From Octopus vulgaris (lineage: Eukaryota): a DNA stretch of 64,000 nt. Of the stretch, positions 1 to 12,047 are shown in pieces. Within the stretch, counting starts at the first letter, position 1, and the number at the start of each line of letters is the position of its first letter. The notes beneath the pieces were generated by a model that had not been told where the DNA came from, did no database searches, and saw only the letters and a program-made list of their open reading frames with translations. The translations under genes and the position numbers were made by a program. The stretch is taken from assembly GCA_951406725.2 (NCBI GenBank), contig OX597815.1:74276001-74340000 (forward strand). Reading direction: 5' to 3'.

Positions 1-207
1 GTGTCACAGGTCCACTGGTGTTTGGACATGCCTTGATTGATACCATGTAAGCTTAGTTCTTTTAAAGTTGTTTGCAGAAGTAGTTTTCATTTAATCAACT
101 GCTGGAAATCAATTAACTGCTGCAAACAGAAATAATTTAACTTATATAAATAGCTTCCAGTTACTTATATGGAAATTTTAACACAAAAAGAAGGGTTAAA
201 AACACTC

Positions 208-438
208 TTTACTTTTTTGATATCAATCTGTCCGAGTTTCTGACTTGGTTCCCTGATATATAGTTTCTGTTTGGAAGTGATCTCAAGTAAAACCTTAAAT
301 CATAATTTCATTTTAAATTATGTTCCAAATACTAGCTTAATAATGATAAAGTTGTTATACTAATTTTTTCATTATTTTCAAAATTAATTAAAACAAAAAG
401 CAGTGTATTTCAAAGAAATATGGTAACAAATGGGTTAA
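208..438 (-). mobile_element. piggyBac-like MITE family A, decayed copy
   Basis: Reverse-complement homologue of 8308-8523; ends aaatgggttaa. Confidence 0.6.
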
Positions 439-695
439 GGTCAATGACTTATGAGGATTTTCAAAGACGTTCTTGGAATGAACAATGCCATCAATCATGT
501 AAAATATGTCATTCCATTCATTATTTTATGTCCAACCCATCCAGGAACATGAATGTTGAATGATGATGATATTAGTTTATTTTTTATGTCTTTACATCAT
601 AAAATTTTGCTTCTTAAAAAATGCCAAATGATATAGTTTTGAAGAGATTTAGATTAAAATAGTTTTGTTCTAATATTTATTTATTTTTTTTTCAG

Positions 696-891
696 ACCGA
701 GGAGGAGGGTGTTAATGCCTGTATGGATAGGGTGCGGAAGCTGTTAAGCCCTGGAACCAAGAAGAAAACTGTTCCTCAAAACAGCAACAAGACCTTCGGA
801 GTTCCTCTTGAAGAACTTGTTCGCCAGGCACCTGATGGGCTTAAAATTCCCCTCATTGTAAAGAAGATATGTGAACATATTGAAAACCATG
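696..891 (+). CDS. FAM13A: FAM13A/B-like RhoGAP, exon 1 in window (TEEEGVNACMDRVRK...KTFGVPLEEL...IPLIVKKICEHIENHG)
   Basis: T-tract plus cag acceptor ending 695; donor gtaagg at 892; FGVPL and IPxIV RhoGAP entry motifs; ATG at 723 in frame; ends in phase 1. Confidence 0.9.
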
Positions 892-1678
892 GTAAGGATT
901 TTAGGTTTATTTCAATGAATCTTAACAAAGAAATGAATCAACTGAGCAGATATGGAGTAAGTTTTTGTCTCTTAGGCTGTGGCAGTGGCATTGTAGTTAA
1001 GAAGTTTGCTTCAGTATCACATGGTTCTGGGATCGATCCCACTGTATGGCTCCTTGAAAAGATGTCTTCTAACAGATTCAGGTTGTGAGTGGAATTGATT
1101 ACATGGAAATTGTACAGAAGCCTGTTGGATGAATTGCTTATGTTGTTGGATGGTGGACTCAATCCATTCTCTGGTTTCAGCACGGCCACCTGCACCTTGA
1201 GTGCCTTTAGCAGAGTCCACTCTATTTCAAGTGTTCAGAGCCAGGTTTCCAGTCTCAAGTTAGATTGATATCTTAATGCATTACTTCCTCCTGCAGCACC
1301 CCCATAAAACACAGCCCCCACCCCTCCACTAGTCATTCTTCAAAGTCCTGCAAAAAAAAAAGTTTGGCTTAGCTATAACCTCCACCTGCTCTTTAGGAGA
1401 AATATCTCCTTATATCTCATTTCAAGCACTGTGGATAAGTGGGTGAGAAATTTAACGTCAACTATTATCACCTGGAAAAGATATTGCTTAACAATTGTAA
1501 GGGCCTTAGAAATACCATCTCAGTTGTTGTTCAGTAATCTGAATGTTAAAGAGAGCAGTTTTAAAATTTTTATGAAGTTCGTTATGGCTTAGTTATCACT
1601 TGCGAATGACTGAGTATGACCGAGTAGCTTGCAGTGTGCTTTTGCTAATTGTTTGAGTTGCCTATATTATCTTGAGAC

Positions 1679-1914
1679 CAGTGTTTCTCAACTGGGGTCC
1701 ATATAAGATTTTGTTGCTAAAATTTATCTGCAATAAATTGGTCATACTTCTACTATATGCAAAACATTTAAATTTTTTTTCAATACAATTCCTCATAATG
1801 TTTAATTATAATAAGACAGTAGGATTTTTTTAGAGCATCAAGTAGCTACAGAGGTCTAGTAGAGTAAAACAGGAATCAAAGGGGTCCATTGGCAAAAATG
1901 GTTGAGAACTACTG
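1679..1914. mobile_element. hAT/Charlie-type MITE
   Basis: TIRs cagtgtttctcaac / gttgagaactactg; imperfect 8-bp TSD cttgagac / ctctagac, fitting the NTCTAGAN Charlie target. Confidence 0.8.
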
Positions 1915-2279
1915 CTCTAGACCCTCCCACCCTTAACCCAGCAGAATATTGAGGGTATAATGGCTGGATGGAGTGAAAGCTACACCAGCATTTGGCTGGT
2001 ACTCATTTATGGCTGAATAGACTGGAGCAACATGAAATGAAGTGAATTACTCCAAAGAAACAATGTACAGCCCAGCTCAGAAATTGAATCCATCATCTTA
2101 TGAGTGTGAACTCATAGCTCTAACCACAAAGCCATGCACCTTCACAAACCTTATAATCTGTCAACATTCTTCAAAACACTAGTACCCAGCCTATTATTAT
2201 TGTGACCCATTTTAGCAAATAATCCTTTGAGACTTTTTAAAAATTATTATAATCTAATAATAATAATAATAATATGCGA

Positions 2280-2619
2280 ATCAACTCCCCAGGCTGCAAT
2301 CCCCTTGATTATTTTGTGTGGGGCACAGTTGAGTGAGAGACCAACAAAACTTCTTGTGACACCAAAGATGAACTGAAGGCAAGGATTATGGCAGCATTCA
2401 CCAGCTTAAACAAGGAGACCATCCAGAAGACTTGCAGGATATTCCAAAGTTGTCTGGAGGCCATGGTTGAAGCCAGTGGTGATTTTATTGAATAAATTTA
2501 CTCTTTAGTATTTCAAGGTATTTTTATGTAATTTTGGTAAATATATCCATTAAAATGAGTTGTCAGTGTTATTTTCATTTTTGCATAATTTAAATGACAA
2601 TATATGCACCACACCCTAC
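2280..2619 (+). pseudogene. 3' relic of a maT-like (Tc1/mariner superfamily) transposase plus right terminus
   Basis: Translates NSPGCNPLDYFVWGTVE*ETNKTSCDTKDELKARIMAAF...LEAMVEASGDFIE*; ends in a cacccta terminus-like motif. Confidence 0.8.
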
Positions 2620-4467
2620 ACACAGACACACACACACACACATAACTTCTTTATATAAGGGATAGCAAATGCTTATTTTGCTGGTACAATAGTGGCCATG
2701 CTGTAAGAATATGAATAAACCCATTTACAAAACATACTCCCTATTCAACATCGAGCTCCTCTTCTATTTACTATGCGTACTCATACATTCATACATCCCT
2801 TTGTGTGTCTGCATGTACATGTATATGTAGATATGTGTGTATATACATATATATGTGCATTGGCATGTGCCAAAAAGTGGTCATTAGTACTTAATGCCAT
2901 TTATTATTCAGTGTAATATTAATGAAATGAGATAATGGAAACTGCCTGAACATGTTTAACTGTAAGGACGAAAATAGAGGAAAAGCAATAAATAAGCATA
3001 TATATATATATATATATATATAAAAGAAGAATAACACAGCTCTTCAAATGAAGCAGTGTGTAGCGATTTTGGGTTGTTAGAATCTGCTGGAGAAGTTGGT
3101 CAAAGAAAAAAAAAAAATTCAAGGTCACTCAATAGATTAATGTGCTGTTTAATGTGCTGCATACAAAAATACACATAACAAACATGGAACAGAATTAGGA
3201 ACGGAATTAGAAAAGCTGAATACAAAAGATCAGTATCGTTTTGATCAAAGTAATTTGTGGTGATTGTTTACTTGGTTTCACCAAACCTAATATATTTGCT
3301 TGGTTCCCTACTAAGAGAATCCAATTATTAGTTTAGTATTAAGACTGGTAGCAGCTATGTTTGCTAGCCTGGTTTATATTGAAAACATACTCATTGTTCT
3401 TTGCTGGGCAATCAACAAAAGGGAATGACTATTACCAAATTAGTTATTGGTTCTATTGTATTGATTTCTTTTTGACACAATCTTGATTCGCATATTATTA
3501 TTATTGTTGTTTGCACTTGTTTATTAACTAGCATTATTCTATTCCTATATGAGTCTACTTGATAATAGGTAAACAGTTTAGTAGTTTCACTTCATTGGTT
3601 TGCTTTATATATGTAAATATGTATGTATTCATGTATGTATGTATAGGTGCAGGCATGGCTTTGTGGTTAAGCTGCTTGTTTTGCAACCATGTGGTTTGGT
3701 GGGGTTCAGTTCTACTGGGCAGCACCTTCGGCAAGTGCCCTCTATTATAGCCTTGGGCTGACTACTTTCTGTGTAAGAAGCCTGTTTTGTATGCATACAT
3801 ACATGTGTATGTGTGTGTTTATCCCACCACCACTTGACAACCAGTATTACTTTGTTTACATTCATGTAACAGCAAAAAGGACTGATTAGATAAGTGCCCA
3901 AGCTTAAAAAAAAAGAGAGAGAAAAAAGAAATCCAGCAGATCCGTCTGCTTCCCATTCTCCTTTGAGGAAAGTTACAAGGCCAATATTTTTTATAGAAAA
4001 TAAGCTTCCACTGAATTTTTCACTAGCACTACAACTGCAGTCACTTGCTTGTTACTGATTGGTTGAGATTTTGTGAAGGATTTAGAACTGAGCAGAATAT
4101 ATTTGATAAGAAGTGTAAAAATAAAGACAATTTACCAGATGTGTGTAAGAATTATTTTTAACTGCAACATTCGTGACATCTATGACCCAGCAACAAGTTT
4201 GAAGAAGTAGTTGATAAACAATATTCTTAAGATATCTCTTATAGTTTTTACTTGTTTCAGTCATTTGGCTGTGGCCATGCTGGAGTACTTACTGCCTTGA
4301 AAGGTTTTAGTCAAGTGGTTTGACTTCAGTACTTAGGTTTCTTTTCTTTTTTCTTTTTGTTCTTTTAAGGTCTGAAACTTATTCTGCCAATCTCTTTTGC
4401 TGTATTACTAAGTTACAGGATGTAATCAAACCAATATCAGTTGTCAAGTGAGGGTAGAGGTATAAAC

Positions 4468-4862
4468 AGGTGTAGCTGTGTGGTAAGAAGCTTGCTTCCC
4501 AACCACATGGTTCCAGGTTCAGTCCCACTGCATGGTACCTTGGGCAAGTGTCTTTTACTATAGCCTTTGGCTGACCAAAGCCTTGTGTGTAGATTTGGTA
4601 GATGGAAACTGAAAGAAGCTCATTGTATATAGTGCATTTGTGTGTGAATCAGTGTTTGTCCCTCTGCCATTGCTTGACAACTGATGCTGGTGTGTTTGTG
4701 TCCCCATAACTTAGTGGTTTAGCAAAAAAAAAAAAAAAAACTGATAGAATAAGTACTAGGCTTACAAAGAATAAGTCCTGGGGTCAATTTCTTCAACTAA
4801 AACATTTTAAGGTGATGCTCCAGCATGGCTGCAATCAAATGACCGAAAGAAAAGAAAAGAAT
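4468..4862 (+). mobile_element. tRNA-derived CORE-like SINE (family 1), abutting an opposite-strand copy at about 4245-4467
   Basis: A-box-like tagctgtgtggt, B-box-like ggttcagtccc, ccttgggcaagtg core; many copies in window. Confidence 0.8.
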
Positions 4863-6059
4863 AAACACATAAAAATCATCATCAACATTTAATGTCCCTA
4901 TTCCATGCTAGCATGGGATGGATGGTTTGACATAACCTGACCAGTCCAAAGACTATATCATGCTCTAGTGTCTGCTTTGACATGGTTTCTATGGATGGAT
5001 GCTCATCGTAACACCAACCACTTTACAAGTTCATACTGGGTACTTTCTAGTGAGGCTGCCATGCGACTTGAAACTTGAGGAGTGGGGAGAGGTATTTTTA
5101 TGCTAGGGCATGAAGATTAAGGTATGAGAGATGGAGATGGCACAGAGCAGGTTCTTGTAGAGGATCTACATGGCTATTCACATTTAGGGGAGAGTTAAAT
5201 GAATCAGTTGTAACTATGATGAGATAAATGGTGGTGATGAAGTGTCCAGGTGGCTGCTCAAGGTACAAGGTGTGTAGAAGTGAGTAGGGATAGAAAAGCT
5301 AGGAATGTGTGTGTATGAGGGTTTATAGGAGTGTATGGAGGGGTGAAGCAAGAGATAGAAGAAATGGGAGAGGATAGGTAGGTAACATTGTCCTTCTGAC
5401 TGATTTGGAGTACCTGGTTCATGGATATTTTTACTCAACCCTTGGTTATGTTACCTTTAAATTTCTTCAAAGTATGTTGTTTCAACATTTGTAGAAATCG
5501 GGTAGGGTTGAAGGGTGGATGCAGAGAATGATGGATGCAGGGATGGGAGTTGACCAGTGGCGCATGAGTTGGGGAAGGTTGAGGGATTCAACAAGAGAAC
5601 AGTAACAGGATTGTAATAATGATGATGAAGATGATAGGGAGAGGATAAGAGAGAGGTGATATGTTTGAGTTGGCTGCAGGAAAAGGAGAGAGAGAAGCAT
5701 GTTGGATGAGGAGAGGTAATTTGGTGGTCCAGTGGAGGAGAGGGATGATGACCAGTGTAATGTCTAGGTGTAGAGAACAATATTAATGGATGAATAATGG
5801 CTCAACAAATGAAAGGGTTCTGGGTAGCAAGAAAGAAAAGTGGCATCAGGTGGTGGAGGAGATGCATTGGGAGCGTCATTGGAGAGGGGAAAGGTCAGTG
5901 TGAGGAGGAGTTTGATTGATTGAGGTGACCAATTTTGAAAATAGCAAAGAATTTAGTAGAATAACTACATCATTATTAAGATAAGATGGTGATTGGTACA
6001 TAAAGGGTAAGTGGTTGTGTCTCTTTGTTTCGACAACCTACTGTGAGAATGTAGGTATG

Positions 6060-6449
6060 TCTTTTACTTGTTTCAGTCATTAGACTGTGGCCATGCTGGG
6101 GCATTTCCTTGAAGAGTTTTTAGTCAAATGGATCAATCTCAGTACTTAAATTTTTTTAATTTTTAAAGCCTGATACTTATTCTATTGATCTCTTTTGCTG
6201 AACTGCTAAGTTACAGGGATGTAAACGCACCAACACCAGTTGTCAAGAGGTGATGGGAGACAAACACCGACACCCATGCATAGATATATACGTATATCAT
6301 GGGCTTCTTTCAGTTTCTGTCCACCAAATCCACTCACAAGGCTTGAGGCTATAGTAGAAGACACTTGCCCAAGGTGTCATGCAGTGGGACTGAACCTGGA
6401 ACCATGTTGTTGGGAAGCAAGCTTTTTACCATACAGCTATGCCTGTGCC
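6060..6449 (-). mobile_element. SINE family 1 copy
   Basis: Reverse complement of 4468-4862. Further copies at about 3646-3905(+), 10640-11025(-), 12608-12740(+), 12780-13180(-), 48392-48797(-), 56545-56935(+), 57630-57963(-), 63519-63665(+). Confidence 0.8.
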
Positions 6450-6947
6450 TATACTGATGTTAATTTTTCTTGATACATTTTTCTCTATCATTACTAAAAG
6501 CTTGTATGGCTTTTAATTTCTTCATTACCTCAAAGTTTTTTCTTTTTTTTCTTGAAATATTTGTTGAATTTTCATAGACTTTAACCTTACATTCTGTTGA
6601 CTGTTATAAAATTTTCCTTGATTGATGAGTTTTTTTTGGGAAAAATTAGTTTCAGTTAATATTCTAAGCTTGTATAATGCTTTGCTATGTCTCCCATTCC
6701 CCATTATTTCTCTAACATTTATTCCTGTTCAAGTCTATACTTTCAGTGTTAATTATGTCACATAATTTTGAAATACATTTTTGTTTCTCTAGGAATAACA
6801 TAATCTCAGCAAACATTCCAAGAACCTTTTACATGTTGAAAACACACACCTTTACCATCACCACCGCTACCATCATTGTCATAACGCTAATCAAAAACCT
6901 TAATTTGTTTTGATATATAATAATTTACTACAAAATATATATTTCAG

Positions 6948-7157
6948 GTTATGATCAAGAGGGTATATTCCGAGTTAATGGGAGTACTCGTATCATTGAC
7001 AAACTCCGAACATCCTTTGATCAGACGGGAGATGCTGATTTTACTGAAGATGGGGATGTAATGGCTGTTGCTGGTCTTCTCAAGCTGTTCCTTCGGGAGT
7101 TGCCTGATTCTGTGATTCCGGAGCACATGACAAAACAATTTGTAAACATACATGAAA
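6948..7157 (+). CDS. FAM13A: FAM13-like RhoGAP exon 2 (GYDQEGIFRVNG...DGDVMAVAGLLKLFLRELPDS...), contains the arginine finger
   Basis: tttcag acceptor, gtaagt donor, 210 nt, phase 1-1; Arg codon CGA at 6971-6973; FRVNG and LLKLFLRELPDS match FAM13 proteins as I recall them. Confidence 0.95.
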
Positions 7158-8307
7158 GTAAGTTTATTCTTTACAAGAACAATTTCTGCCTGTATCAAAG
7201 CCAAACTTCAACTCTTTCATTACCATATTGCTGTTGGAATACACTGATTTTGTTTCAGTTAATTGTGAAAATAATAAAGAATAAAGTAAAACAGCTTTGT
7301 CTTAAATATGCTGGTTTTTATAAAATATATTAATGCAGGTGTGTGTATGCACACGTGTGCACACACACGTGTTTGTGTATGCTTATGTATGTAATATGTG
7401 TTTACTTATATGTCTATGTATGTATGTGTATTTGTATGTATCTGTATGTGTGTATTTAAATATCTGTAACTCCTACTTAATGTGATAAGTACCTCTTTTT
7501 GTCCACTCACCTGTGTGTATGTGTGTGCACGTATTTATATATATATATATTTATATATATATGTGTGTGTGTGTGTGTATATATGACTAGGAAGATAATG
7601 GGGAATAGAAATGGTTCTGGGGTTGGGGAGGAAAGATGAAGGTAATGAAAGGGAGATGTGGTATGTGCATATCCTGCTCTCAGGAGATTATGTTAACTGA
7701 ATAATACCAGAGGTATAGCAGTGATGAGTGTTAGGGAATGAGGTGGTAGGACACATACAAGCATTTACCAAGGCAGTTTAAGTTATCAATTCTGTTGTGG
7801 TCGACAGGTCTTCTCAAGCACATATACTTATATCATCATCATCCCTTAATGTCTGTTTTCCATGCTTGTATGGGTAGGATGGTTTGACTAGAGCTGGCAA
7901 GCTGGAGAGCTGCACCAGGTTCCAGTCTGATTTGGCTAGGTTTCTACTGCTGGATGCCCTTCCAAATGTCAATCACTTTACAGTGTGTGCTGGGTGCTTT
8001 TAATGTGCCACTGGCACAAGTGTTTTTATGTGGCACTGACATGTGTGCTTTTTACGTGGGACCGGCACAAGATTCTTGCAGGTCAATCCTCTTCCCCAGA
8101 GGGTGTGGTCTTAACGTACCTGCTGTGGAGGACTAGTCTTCTTGAGTATAGCTAGATGCCATAGATACTATGACATCATATTCTTCAGGGAGAATCAATG
8201 ACACATTTTGACATGGGTGGATGTTTGAATCACTGGTACTGCCCCTCAGACAAGTTTCCACAGTCCCAGGCTACATCATTTCTTTCAAATGCTATGGATT
8301 GATTTAA

Positions 8308-8523
8308 CCCTTTTGTTGCCATGTTTCTGTTTAAATATGCTGCCTTTGTTTTGGTTAATTATAGAAATAAGGAAAAATTTAGTAAAATAATTTTGTAATT
8401 ATTATGCTGGTGTTTGGAACATAAACTAACATTAAATCTTGATGGGAGGTCTTAGATCACTTGAAAACTGGGAGTGTGCACAAGAGAACCAGGTATGGTC
8501 TCAGACTGCCTGTATCAAAAGGG
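8308..8523 (+). mobile_element. piggyBac-like MITE family A
   Basis: TTAA|cccttttg ... caaaaggg|TTAA; related copies near 208, 34473, 35258, 41971 and 56222. Confidence 0.8.
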
Positions 8524-9196
8524 TTAAATGATTAGTAAAATTTTATTAAATCTTACTGAATTTAACTTTAACATAATAATTAGTGCAGCCTTTTTGTGAA
8601 TCTTCACATTAATTAATTCTACAAAAAACTGGTGGACAGCAGACATATCAGATTTGTGCATTTTCATGGTATGGAAAAATGAAAAATAGAGCAGAATTAG
8701 TTATGAAACTAACTCGTCTGTTTCAATGTGACTGGAGAAGGGGGAAAAAAAGAGAAGTAGATAGAGATTATTATTTTGTAAGATTTAAAATTTAACTGTT
8801 TTTTGTATCTTAACTGTGTGTGTGTGTATGTGTGTGTGTAAAAATTCAGAAAAAATTTCTTGATACAGTCACAATATCTGAAAATTTTTTAAAAAATTGT
8901 AAATTATTGATTATATTTAAGGAAAGGCTTTTCTTCACAAAAAGCAATTTAAATACACACCGGATCATATAGAAAAGAGTTTTTGTGTAAGCACATTTGC
9001 TTTCTTCAGCTTTTCAAACATACGTTGTAATCTTGTATAATTCATAATACAGATTACCATGTGTATTTGAAAAGCTGAAGACACTGCAAGTGTTTACACA
9101 AAACCCTCTTACATTAAGTCTGTGTTAATTTGCTGTTTGTTTTAAAAGAATTTTCAATATAATTAATATTTCAAATACAAACAAATCTATTTCAAA

Positions 9197-9198
<2 letters not shown>

Positions 9199-9240
<42 letters not shown>
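9199..9240. repeat. (GT)n microsatellite, representative of many
   Basis: Pure GT run; others at 53159-53207, (AG)n 16796-16824 and mixed 50598-50720. Confidence 0.95.
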
Positions 9241-9241
<1 letters not shown>

Positions 9242-9384
9242 AAACGAAAGGGGACCTGGGAATCCTATCAGTTATCTCACTCAGTACCCCTCTGAATACT
9301 GAAGAGCAGAATGTATAGGAAGGAACAATACTTCAGTCGAAGCATGTTTTGTGAAAACTGAAAAGCTTGTAAGTTCCTCAAATT

Positions 9385-9560
9385 GCAAGACTTTGAAACT
9401 CTCTTCCATCTCAGTGTTTTCCTTTCCTTGAACTACCAGATTTTGGAATTTTCTTCCATTTCATTGTTTTCCCTCTTCTTGTGACTTGAGCTCTTTCAAG
9501 TCATAAGTAAATTCAATCCTTTCATCTTAATTTCTCCTTCATTCTGATGATGATGATGAC
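9385..9560 (+). mobile_element. CR1-like LINE 3' end relic
   Basis: Translates FWNFLPFHCFPSSCDLSSFKS, like the CR1 WNSLP..FP..YDL..FK terminal motif, followed by (gat)n. Confidence 0.45.
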
Positions 9561-9850
9561 TCCCTTACACTAAGTGGCTTCTCATCTTGCTCGGTACTTT
9601 CTAAAAAAAAATCCTTAAATTACACAGTATAAAATAACAAATATAAGAAAGGTGGTACTGGTATCACATGTTTCTTGGTTACAGCTGTTTCAACATCATA
9701 TGGGTTAGATAAATCATTTAGCAAGTTGAAAAGCATGAATATGAACAGTGATTATGTAACATTGATTATATGATATTGTTTATGTTATGTAAAACCTATA
9801 GTAATTTCACTACTTGTTTATATATGTGTGTGTGTGTGTGTATGTGTGTA

Positions 9851-10014
9851 TGAGAGGGTGCTGAAAAGTTCCTGGCTTTAAGTGTATTGTAAGGGCCTGG
9901 CTGGATGCCCAACCTTCCGAGTTCTTTTACAGGGCTTAGAAAAACTGAAGGTATAATTAACTGATCCTCCTGTATTTTCTTCTACTCAAAGCCAAGAACT
10001 TTTCAGCACCCCTC

Positions 10015-10015
<1 letters not shown>
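9851..10015 (+). mobile_element. mariner-derived MITE
   Basis: TA-flanked TIRs tgagagggtgctgaaaagttcctggcttt / aaagccaagaacttttcagcacccctca. Confidence 0.85.
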
Positions 10016-10045
<30 letters not shown>

Positions 10046-10381
10046 AAAAATTTGTGGCCTGTTACTGAGAGGCTGGAGAAATCAGATGACCAGATCTATT
10101 TAACCCTACAGATGGGTTAAATTTAACCTTATGATTTATTTAACCCATCGACAGATGTGAGTTCAAGTCCCATGGATAGCCTTCTATTTTATTTTTCGTA
10201 AAAGGTCTTTTTCAACCCATTAGTTAAATGCTATTATTTATAACTTCATTTTCTTTTGAAATTCACTATTACCCCCAAAATTCCTCAGTTATTTCCATGT
10301 GTATATTAAAATTTGTCAGTTTTAAATGTTTGATAATGTTGGTGATAAAAATAATTGTTTCCTTACCATTAACCATTCCAG

Positions 10382-10565
10382 GTCTAAACTCCAATCCAGA
10401 AGACTATGTTGCTAAAGTCCGGGAGGAATTCAATGAGTTACCTGAGGAACATTATGATCTGCTGAAATATCTGTTGAACTTCTTAGTAGATGTATCACAG
10501 CATGAAGAAGAAAATAAAATGGGGCCTATGGTCCTTGCCATTGTTTTTGGCCCAAATGTCTTTAG
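10382..10565 (+). CDS. FAM13A: FAM13-like RhoGAP exon 3 (...ELPEEHYDLLKYLLNFLVDVSQHEEENKMGPMVLAIVFGPNVFR)
   Basis: ttccag acceptor, gttagt donor, 184 nt, phase 1-2; RhoGAP C-terminal motif NxM...LAxVFGPN. Confidence 0.95.
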
Positions 10566-11748
10566 GTTAGTAGGTTTTGTTTTCATTTTTAATCTTAAAA
10601 AGTGAAAGTATGTGGCTTAGTGTTAGGGTGTTGCACTCATCTTTTACTTGTTTCAGTTATTGGACCATGACCATATAGAAGCACCACCTTGAAGGATTTA
10701 GTCAAACAAATCAACGCTAGTACTTCTTTTAAAACCTGGTGTTTATTCTGTCAGCTCTTTTTGCTGAACTGCTAAGTTACAAGGAGATAAACAAACCAAT
10801 ACCTGTTGTCAAGCTGTGGTGGTGGTTGGGACAGTGAGTCTCACACACACACACACATGCATGCATACACAGGGTAGACTTCCACATTATTTCTGTCTAC
10901 CAAATTCACTATCAAGACTTTGGTCAAACTTTGGCAATAGTAGAAGACACTACCTCAAGGTGCTGTGCAGTGGGACTGAACCTGAAACCAAATGTTTTGA
11001 AAGTGAACTTGTAAACCACATGGCCATTAATCATAAGATTATAGTTTTGATTCCTGGAGTAGGTGGCGCCTTCTGTTTTTGAGCAAAACACTTCATTTCA
11101 TATTGCTCCAGTCCACTCATTTATAAAAAAAATTAGTTCTGCCAACAGCTGGTGAGCTAACCTTGTGATGGATCAATGTCCCATCCAGAGAAGAGTGTTA
11201 CATTCTCCATCACTTATATGTCATGAAAACTTGGCCAAGCTTCAGTCTCATGAGACTTTGGGTTTCTGAATGACCTCAGTACTAATCTTAAAAATAAAGC
11301 AGAACAAAATTTGGTGACATTTGTTTCTTTATATTATTGAGATTGCTGTTTTCTTTCAGTTATTCTCGAAAGCTTGCACTTTGTTCGAATTCCCATAAAC
11401 TTGCTTATTGAAAGAGTCTCAAGTTAGTTCTGACCAGTGTTAGCTATCTGATCTGTGATTTTTCCAGCATTGTATACTATATGTCTTAAGATGTATTGTA
11501 ACTGCATTAGTATAATAATAACAATAATAATGGTTTCAAATTTTGGCACAAGGCCAGCAATTTTGGTGGAAGGGCTATAATAGAAGACACTTCCCAGTAC
11601 TTGACTGATACTTATTTTATTGACCCTGAAAGGATGAAAGGTGAAGTTGACCTCAGCAGAATTTGAACTCAGAGCATAAAGATGGGTGAAATGCTGCTTG
11701 GTATTTTGCCTGGCATGCTAATGATTCTGCCAGCTCACTGCCCAGTAA

Positions 11749-12047
11749 TGCTGAGACCCCCTTCGGTCATGACTGACCATGGGATTGCACCTAGAAAGTT
11801 ACCCTCCAAGGCACAAGTCCAGGTAAGGTTATTTATGGAAAACCAGTAGTCACCCATGCATCCCCCACCTCCATGCCACCAGTGTTATCCAAGGGAAAGG
11901 CTAAGGCCGATATAGCTTGGCACTTGTGATGTCGCAACTAATTTCTACAGCTGAGTGAACTGGAGCAACGTGAAATAGTGTCTTGCTCAAGAACACAACA
12001 TGCAGCCCGGTCTGGGATTGGAACTCACAACCTTGACGCTCTAACTA
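11749..12047 (-). mobile_element. tRNA-derived SINE with ttgagcaagacac / ctccagttcactcagctg central domain
   Basis: Same head and centre at about 1990-2145(-), 11030-11260(+), 27600-27825(-) and 31935-32245(-). Confidence 0.65.

Noticed and set aside
892-1220. ORF 723-1088 beyond the donor, and antisense ORFs 938-1195 and 1017-1220
   Set aside because: Read-through into an intron containing a SINE; RhoGAP similarity stops at the gtaag donor
4468-4545. tRNA gene
   Set aside because: A and B boxes belong to a SINE head that continues into the SINE body; no complete cloverleaf or terminator
9530-9602. Possible antisense exon (ttttttag|aaagtaccgag...)
   Set aside because: All three frames stop quickly, no partner exons were found, and it overlaps a CR1 tail
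10095-10230. Cluster of ttaaccc / gggttaa mini-palindromes
   Set aside because: Short and AT-rich; no consistent TIR or TSD structure could be defined
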